DNA of 63,171 nucleotides, filler included, from Chiloscyllium plagiosum (lineage: Eukaryota), in NCBI RefSeq assembly GCF_004010195.1. It is 5 parts of one record of this genome, joined end to end, with 100 filler letters (N's around TTAATTAATTAA, not from the genome) between each part and the next. Parts side by side here need not be neighbours in the genome. Positions count along the whole stretch, not along the records: positions 1 to 19,619 come from NC_057710.1; 4 more parts are not named here. One strand, 5' to 3'. The stretch's first letter is position 1, and the number at the start of each line of letters is the position of its first letter. Positions 1 to 11,790 of the stretch are shown in pieces. The position numbers were made by a program, and so were the translations under genes. The notes beneath the pieces were generated by a model, which made no database searches, was not told where the DNA came from, and saw nothing but the letters and a program-made list of their open reading frames with translations.

Positions 1-387
1 TTGTAATCTGAAGTAACCCTCTTCGCTGTCCACTACACCTCCAATTTTGGTGTCATCTGCAAACTTCCTAACTGTACCTCTTATGCTTACATCCAAATTA
101 TTTATGTAAATGACAAAAAGTAGAGGACCCAGCACCGATCCTTGTGGCACTCCACTGATCACAGGCCTCCAGTCTGAAAAACAACCCTCCACCACCACCC
201 TGTGTCTGTTACCTTTGAGCCAGTTCTGTATCCAAATGGCTAGTTCTCCCTGTATTCCATGAGATCTAACTTTGCTAATCAGTCTCCCATGGGGAACATT
301 GTCTAATGCCTTACTGAAGTCCATATAGATCACTCTATATCACTCTGCCCTCATCAATCCTCTTTGTTACTTCCTCAAAAAACTCAG
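1..387 (-). mobile_element. CR1 LINE reverse-transcriptase fragment
   Basis: Minus-strand translation gives [13 protein letters not shown]...VPQGSVLGPLLFVIYINNLD...FADDTKIGGVVDSEEG, CR1 RT motifs. Confidence 0.9.
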
Positions 388-420
388 AGGACAATTTTAT
401 CCTAGTTTCTATTGATTCCA

Positions 421-637
421 ATCAAAAACTGACAGAACTGCAGGTGTTATAAACCAGAAAGAAAAACAGAAATTGCTGGGAAAGCTCAGCAGGTCTGTCA
501 GCATCTGTGTAGAGAAATCAGAGTTAATATTTTGGGTCGAGTGACCCTTCCTCAGACCTGAAACATTAACTCTGATTTCTCTTCACAAATGCTGCCAGAC
601 CTGCTAAGCTTTTCCAGCAATTTCTGGTTTTGTTTCT
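421..637. mobile_element. Palindromic PLE-derived short element (family C) with degenerate hammerhead motif
   Basis: Arms ~460-535 and ~556-637 are imperfect inverted repeats; the minus strand reads CTGAGGA-A-GGGTC-ACTC-GACCC-AAAATATTA; TTGATTCCA is repeated at both flanks (412-420, 639-647). Confidence 0.7.
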
Positions 638-639
638 GT

Positions 640-1270
640 TGATTCCAGTTTTGCCAGGGCTCCTTGATGCCACACTCAGTTGAATGCAGCCTCGATGTCA
701 AGGACTGTCACTCTCATCTCCCCTCTGGAATTCAGCTCTTTTGTCCATGTTTGAACCAAAGCTGTAATGAAGTCTGGAGCTGAGTGGCCCTGACGGCACC
801 CAAACTGGGCCTCACTGAACAGGTTATTGCTGAGCAGATGCTGCTTGATGACACTGTTGATGACACCTTCCATCACTTTACTGATGATTGAAAGTCGACT
901 GATGGGTCGGTAATTGGCCAGGTTGGATTTGTCCTGCTTTTTATGTACAGGATACACAGGGCAATTTTCCACATTGTTGGGTAGGTACCAGTGTTGGAAC
1001 TGTACTGGAACAGCTTGGCTAGTGGGGTGGCAAGTTCTGGAGCACAAGCCTTCAGTACTATTACTGGAATGTTGTTTGGGCTCATAGCCTTTGCCCATGG
1101 AGTAAAGAAATTGTTTGAAGACTGGTATCTGTAATGCTGGAGACCACTGCAGGAGGCCAAGATGGATCATCAACTCTGCACTTCTGATTGGTGTGAATGC
1201 TTTAGCCTTATATTTTGCATGAATGTGCTGAACTCTTCAATCATTGAGGATGGAGATATCCCTCCTCTGG
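640..1270 (-). mobile_element. L2/CR1-like LINE (second family) RT fragment
   Basis: ORF 676-1173: PVHKKQDKSNLANYRPISRLSIISKVMEG...QFGCRQGHSAPD...VLDIEAAFN. Confidence 0.85.
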
Positions 1271-2579
1271 TGAGTTAATTGTCCCGATCAGTACAGTTGC
1301 TCAAGGTGCCGCTGAGCCACTCACAGTGATGGACACTGAAGTCCCTCAAATATATTCCATGCCCTTTACACCATTAATGCTTCTGCCGAGCATGTGAGAT
1401 CAGGAAAGCACATCGTGGTGGTGGTGATGGTAGTTGTCGGGGTTGTGGGTGCCACTGGGGATGGAGAGGTGATGTTGGGGAGTGGGTTAGGGGTTGGGCG
1501 GTGTTGGTGATGGCTTGACACAATGGGGCCAGTTAGCGGTAATCAGCTGGTGGTTTGCTTGCTCTTGTGCAGTTAAGAGTAACCCTGCGTGTCTGGAGTC
1601 ACATGTAGGCCGGGCAAGGATGGCAGTTACCTTTCCTAAAGTGCGTTAGTGAACCCGGTGGGTGTTAGACTTTTAATTCCAGCTTGTTATGTCTTGGTGG
1701 GATTGAAATTCCAGACATTACCTGATCACTGGATCACTAGTCCAGTGTTAATACCAATGTACCATTGCCTCCCCTTTATTTTATCCTTTTGAAACTTGCC
1801 ATTCTACTTCCACATCCCTACAGGGCACTGTCTTCCAGATCACAACAGCTTTATAATGTAAAGGAACAGTGTCTTTAACTCACTCTTGGTGGTTTAGCTA
1901 CTTACCTTAAGTCTATGTCCTCTGGTTACCAACCCGACTGCCAATAAAAACAGTTTGTCCCGATCTTCCCTCTCAAATCCTGTTTATCAGTTGGTCAAAA
2001 CCCTTGTCACCAGGCGGTTTTCCCAGCACTGATTCCAGAATGAGCATGCAGCAAGGATTCATTTCACTTGTTCATCGGAGGGAGGGAGAATTTGTGCCAA
2101 GTATGGCTCAACCACCTGAAGGAGAAGGTTGTGCCCTAAGGATGCTTTTATTTTAAGCAACATTTCCCATCAGAGACACCATCCATCACAATTATACTGA
2201 ACTGTTCTTTTCTGGTTAATACCAGACCCATTACGTTCCAGAGGTGAATGTTTAATGATAATTGCTGGCCTGATGATGAAGCTGGTTGATTGGAAGCAGC
2301 ACAAAATGAATGGGTGAGTCCAATAGATCATCCTCTGCAGCATTAAACAAAAAAGGGCTCTATTCATTTTCCAGTGTCAGAACAGCATGTTTCATCTGTG
2401 ATATGAAACAGGCTCTCTCTCATCAGCAGCAATCAATGTGAATATCATCAAGTTACTGTGAAAGGGGAGGGAGAGAATAGGAACTGAATAAAACAGGCTC
2501 AGGTTATTTCAAATCTGATCCTGAGATCCTGCTGGGATTCTGGAGTTCCATCTACATGAAGTAGCAATGAATGTATTTT

Positions 2580-2876
2580 AGATTAGATTACCCAAAGTGT
2601 GGAAACAGGCCCTTCAGCCAAACCAGTCCTCTGAAGAGTAGCCCACCCAGACCCATTTCCCTCTCACTAATGCACCTAACGCTGTGGACAATTTAGCATG
2701 GCCAATTCACCTGACCTGCACATCTTTGGATTGTGGGAAGAAACTGAAGCACCCGGAGGAAACCCACGCAGACACGGGGAGAATGTGCAAACTCCGCACA
2801 GACAGGCGCCCGAGGCTGGAATCAAACCTGGGACCCTGGTGCTGTGAGGCTGCAGTGGTAACCACTGAACCACCAT
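2580..2876 (-). mobile_element. HE1-type tRNA-derived V-SINE
   Basis: tRNA-like head with A/B boxes, V-domain (gtgtctgcgtgggtttcctccgggtgct...), CR1-like 3' end with (TCTAA)n tail. Confidence 0.88.
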
Positions 2877-3579
2877 TGATGGTGGTTCATCTGCATCTTA
2901 TTCATTGCAGCACTGGGAAAGTCAACATTCATTGTCCTGACTTATGAAGGTGGGATTTGCCTTTGAGGTTTCACAGGCTGTTTCAAAGGTTGGCTAAGAG
3001 TCATCTACATCACTGTCGGGCTGGAATTACACAATGTGCTGGCTAGACAACAAGTGTCCTTCTCCAAAGGACATCAAGCAATTCATTGGTTTTTGCAACG
3101 GTCTGGGAGTTACATGGGTTGGAATTGTGCACTCACGGAGTTAATAAGCTAAGAGGACGGGAAAGAACTTAATAAGGAGGGGTAGTTGTATACGCAACCC
3201 CTGCCTCATTCTCACTTCACTGGAATAACAGTGACTTTCCTGCCCTGTCAGCCAGTGAGGGTGGTTGGTGGCAAATGAATAAGTATTTAAGGGCCTCTGT
3301 CTGCTATTGCTGAGCCAACAGGCCTGTCACAATATGGCTGGTCAGTCAGGGCAGGAGGTGGCTCAGAATCAAAGGCAGTCAGAACCTGATCAGTACCAGA
3401 TGGGAGCTGCCCGCTGAGACTCAAATACTGAACTTTGCTTCCAACTCCTCAGACCCCTCTGCATGACCCTTATTCTTGGAAATGCATCCACTCCTACAAA
3501 TTCTTTACCTTGCTCTAATATGAAGGATGCAATAGCACAGCATTTATACTATGCCAAGCGGAAATCAACTTAGTCATGA

Positions 3580-4222
3580 AGAAGACATCACTGGTCTTTA
3601 TCAGTCAGTTCATTGAGTACAGGAGTTGAGAGGTCATGTTGCAGCTGTACAGGACATTGGCTACACCACTTTTGGAATATTGCATTTAATTATCATCTCC
3701 CTGCCATAGGAAAGGTGTTGCTAAACTTGAAAAGGTGCAGAAAAGATCTACAAGAATATTGCCAGAGTTGGAGGATTTGAGCTATAGGGAGAGGTTGAAT
3801 AGATTGGGGCTGTTTTCCCTGGAGCATTAGAGACTGAGGGGTGACCTTATAGAGGTTTATAACATCATGAGGGTCATGGATAGGTGAATAGCCAAGGTCT
3901 TTATCACAGTTTAGGGGAGTCCAAAACTAGAGGGAAAAGGTTTAAGCTGAGAGGTGGGAATGATTTAAAATGGACCTGAGGGGCTACATTTTCAGGCAGA
4001 GGGTAGTGCGCTTATAGAATAAACTGTCTGAGGAAGTGGTGGAGGCTGGTACAATTACACCATTTAAAAGACATCTGGCTGGGTACATGAAGAGGAAGGT
4101 TTTAGAGGGATATGGGCTAAGTGCAGCCAAGTGGGACTAGATTAATGTAGGATATCTAGTTGGCATGGATGAGTTCGACCAAAGGGTCTGTTTCTATGCT
4201 GTACTGCTCTATGACCCTATCA
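3580..4222 (+). mobile_element. CR1 LINE 3' end
   Basis: Degenerate ORF2 C-terminus (RLRGDLIEVY..., IFRQRVV) and 3' UTR ending ctctatgac. Confidence 0.85.
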
Positions 4223-4223
4223 T

Positions 4224-5310
4224 GCCTGCCAGGTTTACTGGAGTTTTTTGAGGAGGTACCGAGTACGATAGATAAAAGGGAAACAGTAGATGTAATCTAT
4301 TTGGATTTCCCGAACATGTTTGTTAAGGTAGTACTTAATAACTTAAAGGCCATGGTTTTGGAGACAGTATGTTATTAATGTGGTTGGATGTTGGGTCACC
4401 AATAGAAGACACAGGGATGGGATAAGAGGGTGCTGTTTCAGGATGGTAATCTGTAATGCATGGCATTCCACAGGGATCAGTGCAGGGACCACAATTATTT
4501 ACAATAAATATGAGCGACTTAGATGAGGAAAGTGAATGCACAATAGGCAAGTCTATGGATTACACGAAAAAGAGGAGCTGAATATCATTTAAATGGAGAA
4601 AGAGTGCAGAAAACTGCAGCACCATGGGATTTGGGAGTCCTCTCTTACATGAATCACAAAAAGCTGGCAGTCAGGTTCAGTGAGTAATAAGGAAGGCAAA
4701 AAGAACATTGGCTTTTACTTCAAGCGGAATGGAACATGAAAGTAAGGAGGTTTTGTGGAAACTGCACAAGGTACTAGTTAGACCACAGCTAGAATACTGT
4801 GAACAGTTATAGCCCCTTTATGTAAATAAAAATATGGCATTGGAGGCAGTCCAGAGGAAATTCAGTCAGCTGTTACCAGGTATGGATGGATCGTCTTAGG
4901 AGGAAAGCCTGAGTAGGTTTGACTTGTGTTCATTCGAGTTCAGGAGAATGAAAGGCGACCTTATTGAAATGTACAGGATGCATGCAGAATGGTGGCTTCC
5001 CCTTTTGGATGAGTGTAGGACCAGAGGGTCTAATCTTAGAATGTGGGGTTGCCCATTTAAGACAGAGGCAAGGAGGAATTTCTTCTCTGGGACAATAGTG
5101 AATCTGTAAATTTCTTTACTGCACAGGGCTATAAAGCTTGGATTATTAAGTATATTCAAGGCTGAGACAGACAGACAGATTTTTAATAAGGAAGAGAATG
5201 AAGGGTGAGGGGGGAAAGGTAGGATTTGAGGATCATCAGATTGGTCACAATCTCATTGAATGGCAGAGCAGACTGGATGGGCTGAGTGACCTACAACTTA
5301 TGGTCTTATT
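4224..5310 (+). mobile_element. Old CR1 LINE fragment (RT to 3' end)
   Basis: LLEFFEEV...VDVIYLDF, GIPQGSVQGP, EFRRMKGDLIE, RRNFFS; many disruptions. Confidence 0.8.
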
Positions 5311-6194
5311 ATACCTTGGAGTCCAGAGTTACTCTTCCAGCAGAGTGCATGGCCTTCACCATGGTGCTGGCAGGTAGAAATTCTGCTCTCACGGACTTAA
5401 TTCCACAGGAAGGCTCAGCAGTGTCCTTGGTTGTGCCTGACTGAGAGGAGGTCCAATCCGCCTTCCTTACAAAGTGCAGGGTAGGTCTGTCACTGGCTTT
5501 CCAATTGGCAAGTGAGCCACCTCCACCATCAACAGGAAATTCCATCACAGTCCCCTGTTGCTGATGCTAGCTTTTCATTTCTGACCTTTAGAGCTGTAGT
5601 TCCTAACCTAGTCTTAGGAACTGAGCTTATTAACCAAATACTGAAGACACAATCAGCCCTGATGGGGGTACCTCCTAAAATTTGGGACTTTCTCTGGAAG
5701 ACTGTCATTCTCAGCCAAAAGACGGAATGTTCCCCGTGTTAATGCCCAATGGAGGTAATCAGAAGCTGGCAGAGGTAGGAAACTGCAGGCAGGCAGGAAG
5801 ATTGCTACTCAGAGACCTGCAGCTCTGCACATTGGCAGCATGGTGCCCACTGCTAAAGCAACAAGGCAATCACAAGAGCACCTCCAAGTGGGTATCTCCT
5901 AGTAAATACCTGCAATTGTTGTATCGGGGCCATGAGGGCATCCTCCACCTCCCGAAGGACCCTTCCTCCCACTGCCCAATCCCAGCCTCTGATATCCTGA
6001 CCTGCGATCCTCTGCCCACCATCCCCATTAATTCCCAGAAGTCACAAGCCTGCAGCTGAGGCCTCCCCAAGCTCTGGGGGTAGGGAAGGGGCAAGTAGCT
6101 CCGTCATCTGCAAGATGTCAGCATCCACGAACATTAATTTTGGGCCACTGGTTGTCTCCATTTCTGCCCATCCCTGCTACTACAGACAAGAGTA

Positions 6195-6530
6195 GGACAT
6201 TTGCCATTCAATATAGGTAAGAACACATCTGATTGTAACCTGAATTCTACAGTGTTGGTAACCACCAATCTATCTACCTCCCCCACCTTAAAAATATTGA
6301 AAGATTCTGCATCCACTGCATTTTGAAGAAGGGAATCACAAAGAGTCTCAACCCTCTCAGAGAAAAGAATGATGCTTCCTCATCTCTGTCTTTAATTAGC
6401 AACCCCTTATTTTTAACCTACAACTCCTAAATCTAGATTCTGTCGCAAGAGAAAGCATCCTTTCCACATCCACCCAGCCAAGTTCATTCAGGAAGTTGAA
6501 TGTTTCAATTAAGTCGTCCTTTCTCATGTC
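6195..6530 (-). mobile_element. Old CR1 3' fragment
   Basis: MRKDDLIETF...LKIRGC; MDAESFNIFK. Confidence 0.65.
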
Positions 6531-7625
6531 CAGTTGTCTGGCAGTCAGGATGTTACCGTTCCTGTCGGTGAGAAACATTGCCAGTTCTGCAGTGGGAAAC
6601 AATCCCAATGTGACATCCCAGCTTTTTAAACCACCTCTTAAGAACCTCCCCATAGCTTCTGCTTTTTGGAGCAGTAGAACTTCACCCAGAGACTCCACAA
6701 CCCAATACTGCAGTGATTACCGAATGTAAAATATATGAATCTTGCAAACCCTGGTCAATGCCCGCTGTTTTTGGAATGAGACATGCCCTATGTTTATCCA
6801 ATGCAAATGCCAATTCTATTGATTACAGTTGGAACCAGCATCTGGTTAAATTGGGCCACTTAGATGCCAAAGTGTAACATGTAATTAGAGAGAAATCTCT
6901 AGTGAAGTCTCACATATTTCTGAAACATTCTGGAATTTTTTAAAAAAACAAAAAAAAGAACAACAGCCTTGGTTTTTCATTTTTAGAAATCTCTGTTTAT
7001 ATAGAAATGTTATATAGTGTACTTTCTCATTCATAAAATTCCAGATGTCTGCTGAAACAAATGAGTTTCTTTTTTGCTGTACTAATTTACAGTTGAAGTC
7101 TGGATGTGAGGACCTTTCGCCTCCTCATTCGGAATTGCATTCTTATAGACATTTTGTATGTCCCAGATACCTAAAGATTTCAGTAGTACTGAAGACGTGT
7201 GCTCCAAAATTAGCTGCACCCCTAACTGAGACATTGCACAACAGCTAAAACACTTCTGATGAAGGCTGGTAATACAGCACCATTATTTATAAAGTTAAGG
7301 TGGAAAGAAAAGTTGAAAAAATAGATTTTAGTTTATTTTTTTGGTGAAGATCAATTCTGCTTCTTTTTAAAAGGATTTGAATGTCATCTTAAATAGTGAG
7401 CAGATGACACAATTTCCAAGAAATCATGTGATCTTATCTAAATGTCTAACAAACATCCAGCCCCACCCCACCCATGAGGAGATCATTGTTAAGGTGCTTG
7501 CTAACTTGAGGTTTATATTCAGAGATAGAGAGACAGAACAAGAAAATGTCTTAGAAGCCGTTTCTTTCAGCCAGTAACCAGTTCAGTCAAAGGAAGATGT
7601 CCTTAGCAGCAGCTGTGCTGTTAAT

Positions 7626-7661
7626 ATTCCTGATGAAGGGCTTTCGCCTGAAACGTCGATT
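7626..7661 (+). ncRNA. Minimal type I hammerhead ribozyme motif
   Basis: AUUC CUGAUGA A GGGC-UUUC-GCCU GAAACGUC GAUU: intact core boxes, stem II with one G-U pair, ACGU palindrome, GUC triplet. Confidence 0.75.
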
Positions 7662-7723
7662 TTCCTGCTCCTCGGATGCTGCCTGACCTGCTGTGCTTTT
7701 CCAGCACCACTCTGATTTAAACA
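7628..7723 (+). mobile_element. PLE-derived short element (family A) with 10-bp TSD
   Basis: CTGTTAATAT at 7618-7627 and 7724-7733 flanks tcctgatgaagggctttcgcctgaaacgtcg...ttttccagcaccactctga. Confidence 0.85.
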
Positions 7724-8329
7724 CTGTTAATATCAGTCCCAAGTGGGCTGGCTGAAATGAAGTCCTGAGAGTCTTAGAGGTCCATAACAGATAAAGGAAG
7801 GTGTAGAGTTGTTCAAGAGCACTTCATTGTGGAAAATTGACCGATACATCCTGTCTTAAAAAAAGCATAATAATTCGAATCCATTACACCTCATCAGCCC
7901 TCAACAAGTGGAAATTTCATCGACAGTGCTTTCGAACACAACTTAGTTGTGACTAGGAGATCAATTACTTTTCGTAAATACCCAGTCTCTGACCCGTTTT
8001 TGGAGCTATGAATCTTATCTAGCAAGATCAAGTTAAGTCCCTGGTTAGTTTCTGGTAAGCTTCACGATTTTGCTGGTAGCAGATGAATGGTAATATAATT
8101 GAACAAAAGTAGTTTGACTTTTTCTTGGTGGTGATGGTCATTTCCTTGCACTTGTGTGGCACAAAGATTGTGTACCATGGAGCACCATGTCCTAAATGCT
8201 GCCCACGTCCTACTGTGTGAAGATCCACTGAACAGGCCATAATGTCCTCAGGCCTGGCTTAAGACCCTCAAAACCAATGCTTTACTTGAAAGAAGGAAAC
8301 CTTAGAAGGGCAGAGGGAATGTTTCAAGG

Positions 8330-9195
8330 CACCCTCAGATCATCCTTGAAAGGGCTTATAAAAACAGAAAGAGCAGGACAGATCCTGTAGAATGTAGCAA
8401 ATACAAAGTAAACACAGGGCCACAAAGTGGTTTATAAGAGTGGCGAAAAATGGATTATGAAAGGAAACTTGCAAGGGCAGTAAAAGACAATGAGAAGAGA
8501 TTTTAGAGCAATTGAAGGGAAAGTGGCTAGTTCAGTGTATTACTGGCCCACTGAGGGCTGAAAGTGGGGATATTGTCCATGACCATAGGGAAATCGCAGA
8601 TATGCTGAATAGTTACTTTGCTTCAGTATTCATAGCAGGAAAGAAGGATAACTTACTGGAAGTTCCAAAGAAATTAACAGAGAATGAGGAATAGGGTCTA
8701 AATAAAATTAGCTTAAGTAAATCATCAGTAATGGGGAAATTAATGGAACTGAGGAGTGACAAATCTCCAGGACCTCATGGTTTCCATCCACAGGGGTGAA
8801 TGGAGGTAAGAAGGCACATTTCCACTGCCCTAGTCATAACCTTTCAGATTTCCCTGGATTCAGGAGTTGTACATCAGGATTGAAAATTTGCTCACGTCAC
8901 TTCACTCTTTCAGAAGGGTGACAGAGGGAAACTGGAGAATTATAGCCTAGAACCAGGCGGAATAGTCTCCAAATTAGAGCCAGGCCATTCAGGAGACATG
9001 TTAGAAAGCACTTGTACACGCAAAAGCCAGTGAAGGTTCAGAAATTCTTCCTCAAACAGCAGTTGATGCTAATTCAATTGTTAAACTTAAATGTGAGAGA
9101 CTTTTTTTTTATTAAGCAAGGGTATAAAGGAATATGGGCCCAAGGCAGATCTATGGAGTTAGGCCATAGAGTAGCCATGATCTTACTGAATATTT
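8330..9195 (+). mobile_element. Old CR1 ORF2 fragments
   Basis: GPLRAESGDIV...ADMLNSYFASVF, KSPGPHGFHP, ENY; 3' end remnant. Confidence 0.7.
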
Positions 9196-9239
9196 ATCTG
9201 ATATTTAGATATTACATTTCATTTTCTTCTTCTTGACAA

Positions 9240-10017
9240 TTTCACATTTTCTCAGATTATACTTTAATTGCCAGATCTTTTCCCACTCACATAATCTATT
9301 TATAAATAATTTGTTTCAGTCTTCATAATTCAGTATTCTACCTATTTTTGTGTCTGCAGCAAATTTAGCAACCATGGCTTCAGTCCCTTCATCCATCATT
9401 TATGTGAATCATAAAGAGTTGATCCATGTCACAGACCATTTGTAACCTCTTGCCAACCAGAAAATGACACATATATGCTTACTCGGTTCAGTTGATGCCA
9501 ATGTGTTATCCATTCACATTAGCTTTCATTTTCCACAATAACTTTTCATTAGCCTCCTGAAGAAATGCCTCCTGGAAGATGAAGTGCAATGTATCGATTG
9601 GCTTCTCTATATCCACAGGGTAAAAACAATGACTGCAGATGCTGGAAACCAGATTTTGGATTAGTGGTGCTGGAAGAGCACAGCAGTTCAGGCAGCATCC
9701 GAGAAGCAGCAAAATCGACGTTCCGGGCAAAAGTCCTCCCTCGAAGGGCTTTTGCCCGAAACGTCGATTTTGCTGCTTCTCGGATGCTGCCTGAACTGCT
9801 GTGCTCTTCCAGTACCACTAATCCAAAATTCTCTATATCCACAGCACATCTTACTTCCTCTAACAGCTCCAAAACGTTGGTTAAACATGATTTCCTTTTC
9901 ATGAAACTATGCTGAATTTGCTTGATTTCCTTAAACTTTTCTAAGTGCCATGTTATAACATCTTGGATGACAGCTTCTAACATCTGCCCTGTGACAGATG
10001 TTAAGCTAACTAGCCTC
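9240..10017 (-). mobile_element. CR1 RT fragment interrupted by a PLE insertion
   Basis: RLVSLTSVTGQMLE...KSCLTNVLELLEEV...VDIE | VDIEKPIDTLHFIFQEAF. Confidence 0.8.
9619..9828. mobile_element. Inverted (palindromic) PLE family A insertion with 16-bp TSD
   Basis: TTCTCTATATCCACAG at 9603-9618 and 9829-9844; arms ~9653-9737 and ~9745-9829 are near-perfect reverse complements meeting at hammerhead stem II. Confidence 0.9.
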
Positions 10018-10941
10018 ATTTGAACTCACGTCTGCAGAACATTAGCCCTGACCTCTGGATTTCCCTAGTCTAGTAACATAACCACAATACTACTGTGTCC
10101 AGTGTAAAGCAAGGCTTAATATTCAATGATTTATAATTACCAATTACTTGTCACATAAATATTTAAAATGGGTTTTACAAAAAATATTTGGAATGTGATA
10201 CAATTAAGACCAAGAAACATTTTCATATCTTTCAACAGATTTACATTTTTATTCACAAATACAGAATCGGTAATTGTTTGTTTCCTCCATTCATGTATCA
10301 CAGCAGTCAGTCCCCAGAATTAAAAAAAAACTGAGTTAACAATAATAGAACAAAGTTCCAACTTGACTTATTCGTAGTTTGAGAAATTGTGGAAACTGTT
10401 ATCACAGACCTAAAGGGTATAGATTACACATGTTCAGCCAACTGGTGAAACTGGAGAATCCCAGAGGAGGAAGGCTGCTCCTTTCATTCAGATGGGGAGG
10501 GCTCTGAAACAATATAAGCAGAGCATTAAGAAGAGCAAATGCTTAACATTTGAAATGTTAGTATCCAAAATGAGCCTGAATATGTTTGTTGTGTTTCCCA
10601 TCAGTTCAGAAAGAGAAACCTCTGGAATTATTTCCACACAAAATTAGGGGAGGAAATTCAAAAGCACTGGGCAACATTATGTTCTTCTGGTCTGAACTTA
10701 CTGGAACACACTGGGCTTCAAATTCAGGAGAAGCCAAATTGTTTTGTCCTGACCTCCAGTGGAAGGATGAAACTACTGTTAACAGCTGCCATGCCCACAA
10801 CGTTTGCTCTTTCTATCAGTGCTACTTCCAACAAATGATAAACTTCTGCCCAAAGTAATGGAAACATCCCTTCAAAAGAGACAGTAATTGGGCAGCCATG
10901 CTGAATTGTCAGAGTGTCTATTTATGCAATATTGATTGGTT

Positions 10942-11380
10942 GGATGCCTTTTAAATGCTGCAATTGTACCAGCCTCTACCACTTCTTCTGGCAGCTCATT
11001 CCATACATGCACCACCCTCTGCGTGAAAAAGTTGCCCCTTAGGTACCTTTTAAATCTTTCACCTCTCACCTGAATTCTATGCCCTCTAGTTCTGGAATCC
11101 CCCACGTCAGGGAAATGACCTTGTCTGTTTACCCTATCCATGCCCCTCACAATTTTATAAACCTCTAGAAGGTCATCCCTCAGCCTCCGATGCTCCAGAG
11201 AAAATAGCCCCAGCCTATTCAGCCTCACCCCGTAGCTCAAACCCTCCAAACCTGGCAACATCCTTTTAAATATTTTCTGAACCCTTCACAACATCCTTCC
11301 AATAGGAAGGAGACCAGAATTGCACACAGTATTCCAAAAGTGGCCTAACCAATATACTGTACAACTGTAACATGACTTCC
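10942..11380 (-). mobile_element. CR1 ORF2 C-terminal fragment
   Basis: ORF 10872-11261 MLPGLEGLSYGVRLNRLGLFSLEHRRLRDDL...NFFTQRVVHVWNELPEEVV. Confidence 0.9.
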
Positions 11381-11454
11381 GTGCAAAGCCAATTAAGAGC
11401 AATACAGACTACCGAAGGTGAGGGGATACGTAGACAGAGTGAGCGGGAGGCGAC

Positions 11455-11790
11455 TACGGTGGCTCAGTGGTTAGCACTGCTGCCTCACAGCATCAGGGAC
11501 TCAAGTTCAAAATTCTAGCCTTAGGTGACTGTCTGTGTGGAGTTTGTACATTCTCCCTGCGTGGGTTTCCTCTAGGTGCTCCGGTTTCCTCCCACAATCC
11601 AAAGATGTGCAGGTCAGGTGGATTGGCCATGCTAAATTGGCCCAAGTGTTCAGGAATGTGTACGCTAGGTGCATTAGTCAGGGGTAAATATAGGGTTGGG
11701 AATGAGTCTGGGTGGGTTACCCTTCAGAGGGTCGGTTTGGACTTGTTGGGCTGAACAGCCTGTTTCCACACTGTAGGAATTATAATTCTA
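11455..11790 (+). mobile_element. HE1-type V-SINE
   Basis: ggtggctcagtggttagcactgctgcctcacagc head, V-domain, CR1-like tail. Confidence 0.88.

Noticed and set aside
1415..1512. G/T-rich tract with G-quadruplex potential
   Set aside because: Low-complexity sequence inside a decayed LINE region; no evidence of function
10586..10858. 90-aa ORF in unique sequence with a possible acceptor
   Set aside because: No recognisable motif, weak donor, no supporting neighbouring exons
11455..11530. tRNA-like sequences with A/B boxes
   Set aside because: Heads of V-SINEs, continuous with the V-domain and LINE-like tail; not tRNA genes
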